A stretch of DNA of 64,000 nt from Cycas panzhihuaensis (lineage: Eukaryota > Plantae > Cycadophyta): the NCBI GenBank assembly GCA_023213395.1, contig CM041465.1:161517741-161581740 (forward strand), written 5' to 3'. Positions 26,561 to 41,400 of this stretch are shown here, one piece after another. Both the position numbers and the translations under genes were made by a program. Each line of letters starts with the position of its first letter. Position 1 is the first letter of the stretch. The notes below the pieces were generated by a model that worked only from the letters and a program-made list of their open reading frames with translations, ran no database searches and had not been told where the DNA came from.

Positions 26561-27135
26561 AAATGTCATGCTAATAATATTCTTATTTTATCTAGTTGTC
26601 ATGCTTTCTAAAAAATACCATTATTAATTATTTCTACTATTATCTAATGACATATAAACATGCAATTTAGTGCACTTGATGACCACTTGTAAAACTTATA
26701 AAATGGCACAAAATATAACATCTTCCTTCTTGTTAAACTACTAGAAGACCATTGGATTACCCTATTAGAAATGAAATGATATTGTGGATAATTCTTGGAT
26801 CTTGGCATAAATTAAGTTAGGCTTATGTAAGAGAGTATAAAAGTTAGTAACACTGCCTAAATGGGTTAATAACTAACTTGGTTGACAACTAGCATCCATC
26901 AGTCACTAACCAATAACTAGCAATTCACAACTAACATTTGATGACCAATTGCACAAAGTTGTCTTTATAATAATACAACTAGTGACTAATGGGTAGCAAT
27001 TAACCATTGATGGCTAGTGTCTAATAATTGATGACTAGTATCTAACAACTAATAACTAATTGCTAATGACTAATGTCCAGTGACTAGCAAATAATGATGA
27101 ATGATCAATAACCTATTATATAAGGTTCTCCTTAT
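26561..27135. repeat. Dispersed repeat copy 1 (homologous to 43942-44497), containing a degenerate 7-bp array (TGACTAG/TAACTAA)
   Basis: Shared blocks ATTCTTATTTTATCTA, GATTACCCTA, ATATTGTGGATAATTCTT, AAATGGGTTAA and TAAGGTTCTCCTTAT. Confidence 0.8.
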
Positions 27136-27716
27136 AGTAATTAAATTATATACAATTAGTAACTTGTTTTCTCCTTGTGCTTTTAATAATATCACCTTCT
27201 ACTAAAAAAAACTACTAATGTTGAGTTAATTTGTTTGACCTAAAGCCTCTGCACTACCCAAAAATTTCAAAACATAATGATAGTTAAGTTTGGCACTAGA
27301 TTGTAAAAACATTTATGGATTTTTAGACCGATGGTATCATTGCATCAAAGTTATTAGGTTTCAAATCATTCTTATAAATAAAAATAGAAAAATTAAGTGA
27401 GGTGGTAAAGATTACTATATCATGCTCAACTCTATGAGAAGTTTTCTAATCTATTATGTGTGTGTTTATATGTATGCATTTGTTATGAGATATGGAGCTT
27501 AAAGTATATGACTACTCTTGACTATATATAGTCTAGAAAGGGTCTCATTCTTGTTTTGTAAGTTTTTTATTTTTTTATGATTTTAATTAAGTGGATGAAA
27601 TTAGATCCTTGTTTGTCAAGGTTATTAGCCCTTTCATCCAGTTCACCCTTATAACCCACCATATGGATTAAACCTGGGACTTTCAACACTATAGGGTAAA
27701 TACCTACCAATACACC

Positions 27717-30700
27717 TGTAGTGATCTAATTCTACTTTTATAGCAATTTTCCTTAAAAATACAAGTAATAATCCACAAAAACAATAACTAGATGCTATTC
27801 AACAAGGAAAATGAACAATGAACAAGAATTACAGAATCCACAGAAGTAAATAATAGTCTTTATTGTCAAATAATACCAAAATAGAGCAAAAGTTCAACAA
27901 AGTACCTGTCTTTCTTGAAGACGTGAGCTTCCCTCTTCGAGGCGAGGAACCCTCCAAAGCTGCACCCCAAATGGGCGAGCTAATTGCGACCCTAGAACCG
28001 AAAATGCGCGACAAAAGAACCTCCGCCGATGTTGAAATGAGGCCGCAAATCCTCCTTAAATAAGCGCCCAAACGAAAGTAATAGAAGTCGGCTAGATCGA
28101 TAATATTCTTCTTAAAAGCTGCTCAAATAGAAGTCGGCGAACTTCTCCAAAACTGGCGAGCTAACTTGAAATGGCCATAACTTTTGATTGAGATGTCGGA
28201 ATTGACTTTCGTCTGAACCGTTGGAATCCTTGTTCAGAGGCCTTCAATTTGAATGGTTACATGGCATAGTTTTAACTAGATTTTGGAATGTTACAAATCC
28301 CTCCCCTTCAAAGCATGCTTTGCCCTCAAAGCATTGGTAAGGGCCCATTTTTCTGCATCCATTCTTCAGATTCCCACGTTGCATCTTCAAGCTCCAATGT
28401 CTTCCATTTGATGAGATACTCTTTTATTATCCTGGATCGTAAATTCTTGTCCCTGGTCTTCATATTCCTTTGCCAGCTCTATTGCCCATTTTGGAGTTGC
28501 TATTGTCATTGAATTGGCTGAGGCTTCAATCTTTCCTTCCTCCGGTAGTCTAGATAGAGCATCGGCTATTACATTTTCTTTCCCTTGTTTGTATTCTATG
28601 GTGAAGTCAAAAGTCTACAACTTACTGACCCATTTTTGTTGCTCATCAGATAATACCTTTTGATTCAGAAAGTACTTCAGGCTGTCATGATCAGTTCTAA
28701 CGACAAATTTACTTCCTAATAAATATTGCCTCCATTGGTGTATTGCATGCATAATGGCTAGCATCTCTTTGTCATATATTGGTTTTGTTTTTTCCCTATT
28801 ATTCAACTTCCGGCTTTCATAAGCTATTGGCCTTCCTCCCTGTAATAGAATTGCTCCTATTCCAAAACCCGAAGCATCACATTCCAATGTGAATGATTGA
28901 GTAAAATCCGGTAAGGCCAATCTTGGGAGCCGTGATCATTGCTTGTTTTAATTCTTGAAATGCTCCTACGCTCCTAAATTCCATTTGAATGCATCCTTTT
29001 TGGTCAGGTCTGTTAGTGGTGATGCTATGTGTGCATACCCCTTTATGAACTTTCTCAAAAATCCTGTTGCACCCAAAAAACTTCTTACTCTGTGACATTC
29101 TTCGGAGTTGGCCAGTTTACAATTGATAGGATCTTTTTTGGTTCAATTTTGATTCCTTCACCAGTGATAATGTGGCCCAGATACTCCAATTCTTTTTGCG
29201 AAAAGAACACTTTTTCTTATTTGCAAACAATTACGCTTTCTCAAGTGTGAGCAGAACTTCCTTTATATGTTCCATATGTTCTTCCCATGTTTTGCTATAG
29301 ATTAGGATATCGTCAAAGAAAACCAGCACAAATTTTCTCAAAACATGTTTTAGTATTGAATTCATTGTGCTTTGGAAAGTAGCTGGAGCATTTGTTAAGC
29401 CAAAAGGCATAACCTTGAATTCAAACAACCCTTCATGCGTTCTGAATGCAGTTTTGTAGACATCTTCTTCTTTGACCCTTATTTGGTAGTATCCTGAGCG
29501 CAAATCCATCTTTGAAAAGTATCAAGCTCCATGTAATTCATCTAACAAATCTTCAATCCTTGGGATAGGGTATCGATTCTTTATGGTCAATTTGTTCAGG
29601 CCACGATAATCCACACACATTCTGTAAGATCCATCTTTCTTTAGATTGACCACCACGGGAGAGGCGAATGGACTCGTGCTTTTCACCACTACACCTTGGA
29701 GTAACAGTTCTTGTGTGATTTTTCAATTTCTTTCACGAGATGATAAGGATGCCTATATGGAGGAATGTTGTTGGTATTGCTCAGGGATAAGGTCTATTAG
29801 TGCTCTAATTCCCTTTCTATGGCGTCCTTGGGGTTCTTCAAAAACTCTTTGATGTTTTTCTAAGATTTCCTGAATCTCTGAGGGAATGTCTTCTATTTCT
29901 ACTTTGTAACATGACATTATGTATGCTTGTGGATTCTTCTTTAAAAATTTTTCCATCCTATGAGATGAGACAAGCTGGACTGGGGGTGTGGCTGGGGCTT
30001 GTAGTCGATATTTGCGTCCTTTTTGTCGGAAACACATAAATCTTGTCATATAGTTGGTAACGATGTTTCCCAACGTTTGTAGCCATTGAATCCCCAAAAC
30101 TACATCCACTCCGCCTATAGGCATGGCAAACATACAAGTTGTGACCTTGTAATCATTAATCTGGAGAGTTGTATCTTTGCAGTATCCTCCACATGGCGTT
30201 GTTCTCCCATTTGCTATTGACACTTGGAAGGTGTTGAGGGGTTTCACTTGTAACCCCAATTTTTCTACTGATGCCTTGTTTATAAAATTATGTGTACTCC
30301 CACTATCAACTAAAATTGATACTGGTGTTCCCTTGATTTGTCCTTGGAATCTTAGGGTCTGTGGGGATACCTGTTGCCCTGTAATGGCCTGCAGTGAGAT
30401 TTGGACATTCCCTGTATCCACTTCCAGAAGTTCATCTTCTTCCCTTTCTATGCTTTGGTCTTGTTCTACTTCTTCCTCTGCTTCTTCTGGTATATCTGCA
30501 TCCTCATTATTGATCATGAAAACCTTTTTTACTAGGCACTGGTGTTCCTTATTCCATTTTCCTCCACACTTGAAGCACGTCCCTTTTCTTATATGCTCCT
30601 CTTTGGTTGTTCCTGAGCTTTCTCCTGTATTTTTTATAGCTAACGGAGGATCTACCTTTATTCCTGATTTTGCCCAATTAGGATTCTGGGTCTGATATGG

Positions 30701-32180
30701 TGGTGGCTCATATCTCCTTGTATATGTTGGTCTACTATCTCTAAGTTCTGCCTCTACATTTCTTGCTATCCGAATTGCTACTTGGAGTTGAGGTGGATCT
30801 GCTTTAACTCTAAATTTGATTTGATTTTTCAATCCACTAATATAAGTCTCGAGAAACATTCTTGCGGTATTTTTACGAGACCATACATTGTAGTGTTTGA
30901 AAGCTGTTAGTATATTCTTGGACCGTTCCTTGTTGATGTAATCGTGTTAATCGAGCAAAGTAATCAGTATTCCAAGAATCGCCATATTGCTCTATTAGTC
31001 CTCCTCTTAGATTCTCCCAAGTCATTGTATTGGTAAATTCATCTTTTGCCACCAATAGTACCACCTTAATGCCCTTCCATTTAAGTGTAAGGATGCTATT
31101 TCCATCTTTTCCTTACTTGTTGAGTTATAGACCCTAAAATAGTTCTCCATTTGTAAGATCCAATTTGTGATATTCTTGGATACTTCAGGATCAAATTTTT
31201 CCAAGGATAATCTTGCTCCTTTCCATCCATGATCCATGTTGGAAGTTCTCCTTTCATAAATTCGTCCATCAACCCTATTCCCTTGGTTTTCTTGATTGTT
31301 CCAAGTATCTATTTGTTCTATTCCTGATGCATTGCTGTTATCCATTTCTCCACCTGACACATTCTGTGTTGCTTGATCTGCTTTTGCTAGTAACTCCTGA
31401 ATTAAGGTTGTTAAAGCCTTTATGCTCTGGTTTAATTCTAATGCGCCTTCAATTTTTTCCTCTGAGGTTTTAGAGTGGGTCGCCATCTTCCTAGAACGAG
31501 GGTTTTCCCTGATCTCAATTCTGTTTCTATTTATTTTGGCAGGGGGAGAATTTTTTTTTGACCTTTTTTGTGCTTTTCCCTTCTAAAACGAAGCTCTGAT
31601 ACCACTTGTAGTGATCTAATTCTACTTTTATAGCAATTTTCCTCAAAAATACAAGTAATAATCCACAAAAACAATAACTAGATGCTATTCAACAAGGAAA
31701 ATGAACAATGAACAAGAATTACAGAATCCACGAGTAAATAATAGTCTTTATTGTCAAATAATACCAAAATAGAGCAAAAGTTCAACAAAGTACCTGTCTT
31801 TCTTGAAGACGTGAGCTTCCCTCTTCGAGGCGAGGAACCCTCAAGCTGCAACCCCAAATGGGCGAGCTAATTGCGACCCTAGAACCGAAAATGCGACAAA
31901 AGAACCTCCGACGATGTTGAAATGAGGCCGCAAATCCTCCTTAAATAAGCGGCCAAACGAAAGTAATAGAAGTCGGCGGTGGATAATATTCTTCTTAAAA
32001 CTGCTCAAATAGAAGTCGGCCAGAACTTCTCCAAAAACTGGCAGGCTAACTTGAAATGGCCATAACTTTTGATTGAGATGTCGGAATTGACTTTCGTCTA
32101 AACCGTTGGAATCCTTGTTCAGAGGCCTTCAATTTGAATGGTTACATGGCATAGTTTTAACTAGATTTTGGAATGTTACA
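27717..32180 (-). mobile_element. Element F: young Gypsy chromovirus (Reina-like) with the integrase deleted; TSD ACACC
   Basis: LTRs at 27717-28295 and 31607-32180; PBS 31592-31604; PPT 28296-28310; perfect TSD ACACC at 27712-27716 and 32181-32185. Confidence 0.95.
28326..31486 (-). pseudogene. gag-PR-RT-RH-[integrase missing]-chromodomain of F (frameshifted)
   Basis: gag CFKCGGKWNKEHQC; protease LVDSGSTHNF; [10 protein letters not shown]...FFDDILIYS; RNase H ECDASGFGIG; chromodomain EYLIKWKTLELEDATWE. Confidence 0.92.
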
Positions 32181-33158
32181 ACACCCTAGTGCCTGACCTA
32201 TTTTGTTTTGTAAGTAATACACCACAGTCAAGGGGTGTCATGTTACCAATATTCTTAGCTCATTTTTCTCTTTATATTTTGATATTAAATTAGCCAAAAT
32301 TATTATTGAAACTAGTATTAATACATGTTAGATAATATATAATGACCTACATATAAATTTTTATATATGTTGATTATATATATGCCAATACTCCTTTCTC
32401 ATTTAGATATCATATCATTATCTAAATTATGGGTATTCTAACAAGATATTCTTAGAAGAAGAAGATAACTTCTATCAATGATTCCATTTTTTGTTATTCA
32501 TCAAAATTTCCCACTTGTTGGCATCCATAAGGATGTACTGGTGATATATTTATATATAGATACAAAATCAGAATTTATTTCCACATGGAAATTATCCTTT
32601 TATATGAGCTTTCCTTTCCTTCAAAGAGGATATGAGAATTAATGAGCTATTACAACAATCATTTGATAAGTATTCTACCATTCATTCTTTGATATCTAAA
32701 GAGAGAGGAGCCATACCTAATATGAAATCAAGACTTCTATATGTGGTTAAAGTAAGACTTTTATTACAATACATATTTTTCTTCTTTGTAAATATTTATT
32801 CATTACTTAAATTATGCCAACATACTTATGCATTTTCTTTATTTTATTTAATTAAATAATAATTATATTTTATATAAATTAAGTTGATATATTAAATTCT
32901 AATATAGAAGAAATGAAATATTCTTTTTTATGCATGTATATCTTTATCTTATACCTACAAAGATATGAAATTTAAAAGCTAGATACATCAATAGAATAAC
33001 ATCTTGATTGTGTGTCATGAACCCCTATATTCTTGTAGGAAAAATTGTTGGTATTTCTTTTTTTCTTCATCTATTGATAGCTACTCAATATACTAGTGTC
33101 CTAAATCATTTGATGATGTAGCTATCTTATGACCTTTTTCTCCTTGATGTCAATTGTA

Positions 33159-35418
33159 TGTTAGAGCATCTTACAACATATGCAACATATGCCAAATATG
33201 AAACATACTCAACATCACATAAGCAACCAATTATCACACACATAGGCTACATAAGATATTCCTTATAACTCATTATTTTATCAATCAACATTGAATACAA
33301 TCACTTGAGGATACTACATCAAATGTTTGATTCAACTCTCAACATTAGACAAACAATAAAAATGGCCCATTTATACCAATTTTCTGTAGACATCACCTAA
33401 AAGGTCTGATTTTACAACATGGTTTTCTCCCTTTTATAATAGAAATCTTAATTAATCTTCAGTAAGGTATGTCCTTTTGTATACCTATATGTTTGTATGA
33501 CTATATGATCTACTCTAGAGTCATGGTATATGTCAATGCAGAATTGTCCCTTATTAACTATTATTGTTGATCATTTCATCACGTAAGGAGAACCATTCCC
33601 TAAGAGTTGATTCTATGAATTATGACTATTCAACGATTCTAAAACTATTCATGACCATTCCTCTGTGTATTTTCACTAGATTTTCATAGTTTCTACTATT
33701 GGAATTATCCCTAGTTATTCCCAGGTATCTTGGTGCTTATTTTCATGTATACATATATCTTAGGGTTTAAAAAAAGATTGAGTATCCTTGCTCAACTTTG
33801 TTGAAATTCCTTATTATAATTATTATAAAAAAACTTATGTTTTTGGTGGTTCATCACCTTCCCCCACTTCTACTATTAAGCTACTCTTGTGGCTACATAG
33901 TATGTATTTCCTTTTTCTATGTATGTTTTATCATTTTTCTTTTTTAACTTAACTAAGTTTTCTACCTCTTATGCTTTATCTTGTAGTTCTTCTTCTAACT
34001 CTTTATTTTTTTGTTTGTGATGGTTCTTCTTCCTTATAATCTCATCTAACCATGATTTCATTTATTGAATTCTATAATATATGCTTCCCTCTTGTGAGGA
34101 ATCACCCTTCTCAACCTTCTTCTTTCGTAGCAAGGGAGTCATTTTTTCTTCAGATTCTACTTCCATTTCTACTTCTAAGTCATATCATGTGCATTTTTGT
34201 GCCTTCTTGTTAGAACAATGAGGTTGTGATGTTTGTATATTATCTCAAAACCATTTGATGATGCATCTCATTAAGGCTATAACTTACTATTGTTTATCTT
34301 ATAACCATACATTTATTGGAAACATACATGTCCATTATTGTATCAAAGCCCATCCCTCCTTAATATCTGCTTCAAGTGGTCTTGTTATTTATCCTTGAAA
34401 AAATAGAAAATCCAACAAAAAAGATGGATGCTTAAATGTTACTTTGGGCTTGTCCATCTCCTATAATTGTTTATAAATATATTGCACCAAATACTCACTC
34501 TAATTTAGTATTATTCCTTCTTGTACTTCTTGTAATATAGTCAAGATTCTTATTAAACAATAGCTATATTTTTCTTTTACTAAGAACCACGTGACAAAAA
34601 ATTTCATTAGCCATCTTAATTCTAGATGCAACATGTCATTAATTTTAGTACCTCTTATGTAAGTTTAGGCTCCTAGTTTTCATAGGGCATGAACCACCAA
34701 CTCCCTATACACTTCCATCCATTTATCTGTAACTAGTAACCTACTTGTGCATGGTAGCTTTGTTATCCTCTACATAAGGTCTACTGAAATATTAATTCTA
34801 TATAGGTTTCTTACTACTAACTCCATAATATTTTCCATTAAGTTCTTGTCCTAATATAATAGAAGTAACATCATATATTTTCTCCATCTAACCCTAATTA
34901 TGGCCCCCTTGAATTCACTGATCATGTACATGAATTCATTCCTTAATTTGGGAAGAGGGCTCTACTAATTCAACCTTTATTATAAGAAAATAATAAAGTC
35001 ACACTTAGGAACACAATAATACTTTTAGGAACATTTATCAATGTAAGCTAAAATATTTTTATTTGTGGGTACACTTTTGGAATGCTTATAGGTATTCTTC
35101 CTAGGATGGTTATGGGTATACTTCTTGGAACAATCACTAGAATACTTATTCTTGAAATGTTTCTTTGTCAAATGCTTGAAATAAAATTTCTAAAAGGATT
35201 TATAGTTTTTAAATTGCTCCATTATATTTTGGCATTAAACTATCCTACAAATAATTCCCCATTAGAATGCTTCTATGTTACTTATGTTGAACTATCCCCC
35301 AAATGCTTTTATTGATTCTTGAAATATATCTAGGATGTTTCTTAAGATGCTTCTATTTTAACTTTAGACTTGCTTGATTTTGATTAGGATAATTTCTCAA
35401 TACTTTTAGGTATCATTC

Positions 35419-35482
<64 letters not shown>

Positions 35483-38400
35483 AGGTCATTTTCTAATGTA
35501 GTTGTATTACTAATATTCAGTTATGGGTTCTCTTTTATTTTTTCCCTATATTAGGACCGAATCCTAATACTAGGACAACCTCAATTATCCCTAACTTCAA
35601 GTAATATACTATGACACACCTAGTGAAATTACAAAAAAAAATCTCTCATCAACTACAACATGGTTTTAGTTTACTCCCATTGAAATGGTCCACCAAGTTC
35701 TTTTAGTTGGATCAATCCATTCTTAAAGACCCATTACACCATATATAGCCTAGCCATTGCATCTTTTGTTTTCCTAGGTGTATTTTGAATTTTCCATCAT
35801 ATAATAGAACTTAGTCACTAGAAGTAAATTGTGGGGATTGTAAGTGGAAGTCATGCCATGTTTTTTACTTGTCCTTTTCCTATAGTTTACATTTAATTTT
35901 CTATTAAGCAGGTTTCTCTTAATTGTATTAGTTGCAACAACATTTATTATAGTGATTTCTCATCACTTAATCAACATGCTAAGGTGATACAAGTGATGAG
36001 AATCTTGAATTCATACAAGACAATGGCCTCTAATCCATACACTAGTTTGAAAGGTATCTTACCATTATTTGTTTGTATATTGCTTGAAATGCCTAATGTG
36101 CTAAGGGTAGTTTTTTAGCCCAATTTATTGAGCCAATGTCAAAATTTTACTGCAAACAATTTTTAATAATCTTATTTAAGTTGTTTCTTACCCATGTATG
36201 CAAGGGTAGTAATGTGTTAATTTCCTATGGCTAATCATAAATATACTCATTAACAGTTCTACAATCTTATTTAGGTAGTGGGACCTTTAATCACTTATGA
36301 GCTATAACAGACACTTAAATCTTATGATAAAAACCTCATACAAGAATCTTAGCATGTTATAGGTGTCAAACTTCTTCAATAGTCATGCTTCTATTTATTT
36401 TATTACATAATTAATTATTACTAAGATGTAGTGAGCTTAATATCATCTTATTAGTAGTTATATTGGACCCATAAAATCTAACTCCTATTTCTCAAATGGT
36501 GATTTTGGTAATATGAAACAATTGAAAATCTTGCCAGTGAGGTTTTGATTCTTTGTCAATGATCATATTTCTTAATCTAATTATGCACATCAACAAACAT
36601 TTTGGGCCACAATAGTCGTGCACTTAATAATTTTGTATATATTGCATCTTTGTTCACATGCCCACCAACGATACTTTCATGTGCTTATAAAATTATTTAC
36701 ACTACTTCATAAGATGCAACATATCATCTTAATATATTATTAGGTCCTAGTTAATACAACCTCCTTGGATGAGTTTATAAGGTTCTATTTTCCTCACTAA
36801 ATATTGATTTTCTACTTTATTTAATCTAGGTGGCAATTCTTTAGTTTACAAGCATTCAAAGATCCCTTATACTATTGTGTGGCTATAACCTCAACTTTAA
36901 ATAGATGGGCAACTTAAAAATTATCCAACACCTCTATAACCTCCTCTTCATTCACTATTCAAGGTTGTTAGCCTGAAATTATATGTTCTTTTCTTAGTTA
37001 ATCACTATCTTAAAAGTAAACTTCTAAAATAGCATTGACCACCAACTTATTCTCGCTTAGAGTATTGGTTTATTGATGAGGTACATTAGGACCTCTTAAT
37101 CAATATAGAATACAAATGGGTTGGCCAACAAATAGTGTTAAAACTTTTGAAGTACATACATTATCCCCAACACTTTCTTTCCAGTTACTATATAATTTTG
37201 TTATGCTTGGGTTAGTTTACGATTAGCAAATGATATAGGGTAATCGATATTATTTTCCTCGAGTTGTTAAAGTATGTATCCAATCACAAATTAGGAAGCA
37301 TTCACATATGTATGAAACATGTTATTATAGTCCAAAAATTTTAGAATCAATGCTATGTAATGACTCATTTTATGATTTCAAATGCCATCTCCTATTCTTC
37401 ATCCTATTCCCATTCAATAAACTTTTCAATAATTCTTCTAACAACCCTAAGTTATGGGTATAACCCTTAATGAATCTATGATAGTAGTTGGTTAATCCTA
37501 TAAATCCTTCAATTTTTACCTTATTATTAGAATGCAAAAATTTAGTATAGCTAACACTTTTACTACATCTATTAGTAATCCCTCTTTGTTGATATTGTGT
37601 CTTAACAAATTCCTCAATGGTATAGGAAACATGTAAATTTTTAAATTTAAATAAAGTTTACATTCACACCATGTTTACAATATTTACTTTACATTTTTTG
37701 TATGGTTTTTTATCATGTTGTACAGAGCCCTATCATATAGAAATACACTTAATCTCTCTTCAATTATTTTTTAAAATATGTTTAGTGCAATACATTGGAA
37801 GGTGGTTGGGTCATTAGTTAATATGAATGGCATAACATTATAGGTATTTGTATCCCATTATGTTAAAAACGTAGTTTTGAATTGGTCTCTAGGTATGATA
37901 CTTACCTAATTATACCTACTAAATCTTTTTATAAAAGAGTATATCTCATTTCTACCTATTATCCCTAAAACATCTTTGGTAATGGTATTGAAATTTTATC
38001 TTTCTTTTTTGCCTTATTCAACTACCTATAATCCACACATACTCTTATTTTTCTATTCTTCTTTAGCACTACTATGACAAAATTAACCTAATCATTATAA
38101 TCCACCTTGTATATATAGCCAACCTCTAACATTTTATTGATTTTTATTTTAATGCTCTTTATATTTGGGTTCATCCTATATGGCCTTTACTTTACTAGTT
38201 TAGCCCTTCAATTATATTAATATGGTGCATTCCTATCTCATGTGGTATCCCTTTTAAATCTTTATATGACCATGCAAATGCATCTTTAAATTCCTCGAAT
38301 AATACTTATACTTACACCACCATCCATTCATCCTAATATTCTCCTATTATGAAGTTTTAAATGTTTTCCTCATTCCCTATATTTACCTCTCTTATTTTAA

Positions 38401-41400
38401 GTTCTTCAAATTGAATTTGGTTTTCTTGGTCTATTTTATAATTAGGAGTATCCTTTATTTCCCAAATTTTATAAGTTAATTTTAAGTATTCAATAGGAAA
38501 GTTCAGTCTCCTTCTCCTCCTCCTCCTCTTATTCTTGGCTCTTTTTAGAGATATTGATAATAAGTTATAAATATGGTTTCTTATACTTGTACTCATCTTC
38601 TTAATACATTCTAGGATTATACTAATGGTTGCATTTTTGTATTCATAGGGGAAAGTTTTAACAAATGTAATTTTTAGGTTATCCCATGTTACTTATTGTA
38701 TATTTTCTTTTCTTAATACTCGATTGTATTATACATTTCCTAATATATCAAAGAAAAGATACCTCTAATCCTTCTTAGGAATTCTTTGTGATTTCTAGAA
38801 GGTTTGGCATCTTTTTAAATGATTGTATCAGTAATCATTTACTAAGAATGTTGGTAAAAGTTGAGTTTCATATGTATCAAAATGTAATTAGAATATGTAT
38901 TTCAAAACTGATCAATTTTAAAAAGAGCTTTCATAGGTAACATACCACCAATAATTATCCTTATATGGTTGCAATAAGATTAACTATCCATTGGTTTTAA
39001 TCTAACACCTAGGAATCCATCCAATACTCCATGTATTGGTTGAGGTGATTTGTAATATCCCCCTCAGTTCCAAGGAAAGGCAACACTACATCCCTGACAG
39101 GATTCAATCTTAAGTTTGTTATATGGTCAAGTGTAATAAACCTATCACTAAAGCTCTTAAGGCTAGTACTTTCCTATAAACTAGCTCTAGGAGAGGGTGG
39201 GGAGGTATGAGGAGTGGTTTCCATAGAATAAGAATGGGAGGGATTATTGTTGTTAACCTTAGGGAAGGGTAAGGGAGTCTTAAGGTTGTTAAACCTAGGG
39301 AAGAGTGGCATAATTCTAGGTTTGTTAACCTTAAGGGAGGAAAGAGGGGTTAGGATTAAGATGGGACTATCCTCTATATCTAATAGGAGAGTAAAGGGTT
39401 GGGGTTGGAAGATGATCCCTCATTGGATCCTATTATATATAGGAGTTTTAATTTGGGATGAAGGTTAAGATTAGGGTTAGGAGTGGGGATAGTATTAATC
39501 AACAAGACTAGGTAGTCTTTTAGAATATTCTTCATGTGCATGCTAACTAGGCATTCTACTAAGCTAGAATTTTTCCTATCATCATGGTTTTTTATTAAGT
39601 GAGGTTTATAATTATCTAAATTGGGAAGAGTTATTTCTTATTTATTAGCTATCATATTTTATATCTCTAACCAAGTCTTTGTTAGGGAAACACTATTGAT
39701 AGTACATATTAGGATACTAGATTAACACCTTTCATCACTATTATCATTACTAATATTACTTATATAATTAACCATATTATTATTTATTAACTCAATATTA
39801 TCAACATAACTTTTAAATAGTAATGAATAATAAAAAGCGGGGTAGGATCCCTAATAAGCCCCTTATAACCAATACCTTAGAAATGTCTTAGTTTCTCCAC
39901 CTTTAGGCTCTAAATCTCATTGTAACTCTCCATAGAATTTAGGCTCATTATAATAAGGATTGTTCATAGTCATTGCTTCTTCTTTAACATTGTAGACTAT
40001 AGCTTCATTTAGTGATGACACCATGCTTCCATTGGTAATTGTAGTATTAGAGGCGTCATCCAAGATTGCTTTAATTGTGGCTTTTTAATTCCCTAACATC
40101 AATAAGGTAACTTCTTTACCATCTTGAAATAATATAAATGTGTACTTTTTTCTAGCTTTGTAAGCATTTTGTTTCATTTAATTATGGTCTTTCTAATAAC
40201 GCTAGATAGGATACCATGCCATTAGAAGTTTCTAGGATAGTAAAATCATTATCCACTATTATTCATGCCATATTCATTTTGATATTAGAGAACTTTCATA
40301 TTGATCTTATCTTTAGTGAGTATGTTAATGACTCTAGAGTTTGGCTCCCTAGTTACTTTTAGGTTTTCACTAGCAATAAATTCATTGTAGGTTCTTTATT
40401 TATAATCATATTTCAAAAGGTTTTTCCCAACAAAGTTATAGTCACTTTTGGATCCTCATCATATGTTAGTAGCACTTTATTCACATTTTAGATCTGTCAT
40501 TTTAAATCTCTAACCTGCAATAACCTTAACTTCATCTAGGTTATGACCTATGTTAGTGAGATGGTTAATTGTAATTGTTTCTCTAAATTCTCCATCAAAA
40601 CTAACATCTTCAAGATATCTTCTATGGGTATATTTTGAAATAATTACTCACATTCCAATATGAGAGGCTGACTTGCCTCCACTATTTTTGTCCCCTTTAT
40701 GGATCCCTATCTTTTATAATCATTTTTAATTTATGGCCTCAATAACATAGGCCTACTTATTTATAAGGCCTACTTCATAGCTACAAATCTATCCATCTCT
40801 ACCTTTTGATTAGGATAATCAATTTCTTCTTCTCTTTATTTCAAGTGCACCCATTTCTTGTTTCTAATTTTACTAATTTAGGCATGTTGAGTATTACCAT
40901 TGTTAAACTTATAACTTGTGTGTTTAATGGGTGATTCTATAAAGAAATATTATAAGGTATGTATTTTCTATAGATATTTGTGTTGTTATCCCTTGACTTT
41001 TCATAGGAATACTATGATTTCCAATGCCCAAACTCCAAACAAAATAAGTATATTCCTACTAGTGTTTTCTATATGGATCAATTTGTAGCTTTAATTATAT
41101 AAATGATATGGGATTCACTTCCTTTCCCAGGACCTTTACCCTAAGTACTCTTCCCTATAGGGTTATAATAAAAGTCCTTCATAGTGTATGTATATGTTCT
41201 ATAAATATAACACTATTTTGAATCCTTCCTTACATTCTTTGAATTTAAATAACACTCCTTAATGGTGTGCATATCCATGTTGCATATGTGGTACCACTTA
41301 TATTTTTTATTTACATTACTACCCTTCATATTATAATAACATCCTTGTATAAAGCATATGCCTATTTGATGCATATGACATCGTTTAGGATCTATACTTG

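Larger units (their letters stand above)
27563..32199 (-). mobile_element. tRNA-derived SINE (~170 bp: 32181-32199 plus 27563-27716) split by element F
   Basis: The rejoined minus strand GGTCAGGCACTAGGGTGTATTGGTAGG...CCCAGGTTTAATCC has A- and B-box-like motifs. An A-rich tail lies at 27563-27578. The 12-bp TSD TTGTTTTGTAAG is at 27551-27562 and 32203-32214. Confidence 0.75.

Noticed and set aside
30177-31473. Plus-strand ORFs of 172 and 86 aa
   Set aside because: They are antisense shadows of F's gag-pol.
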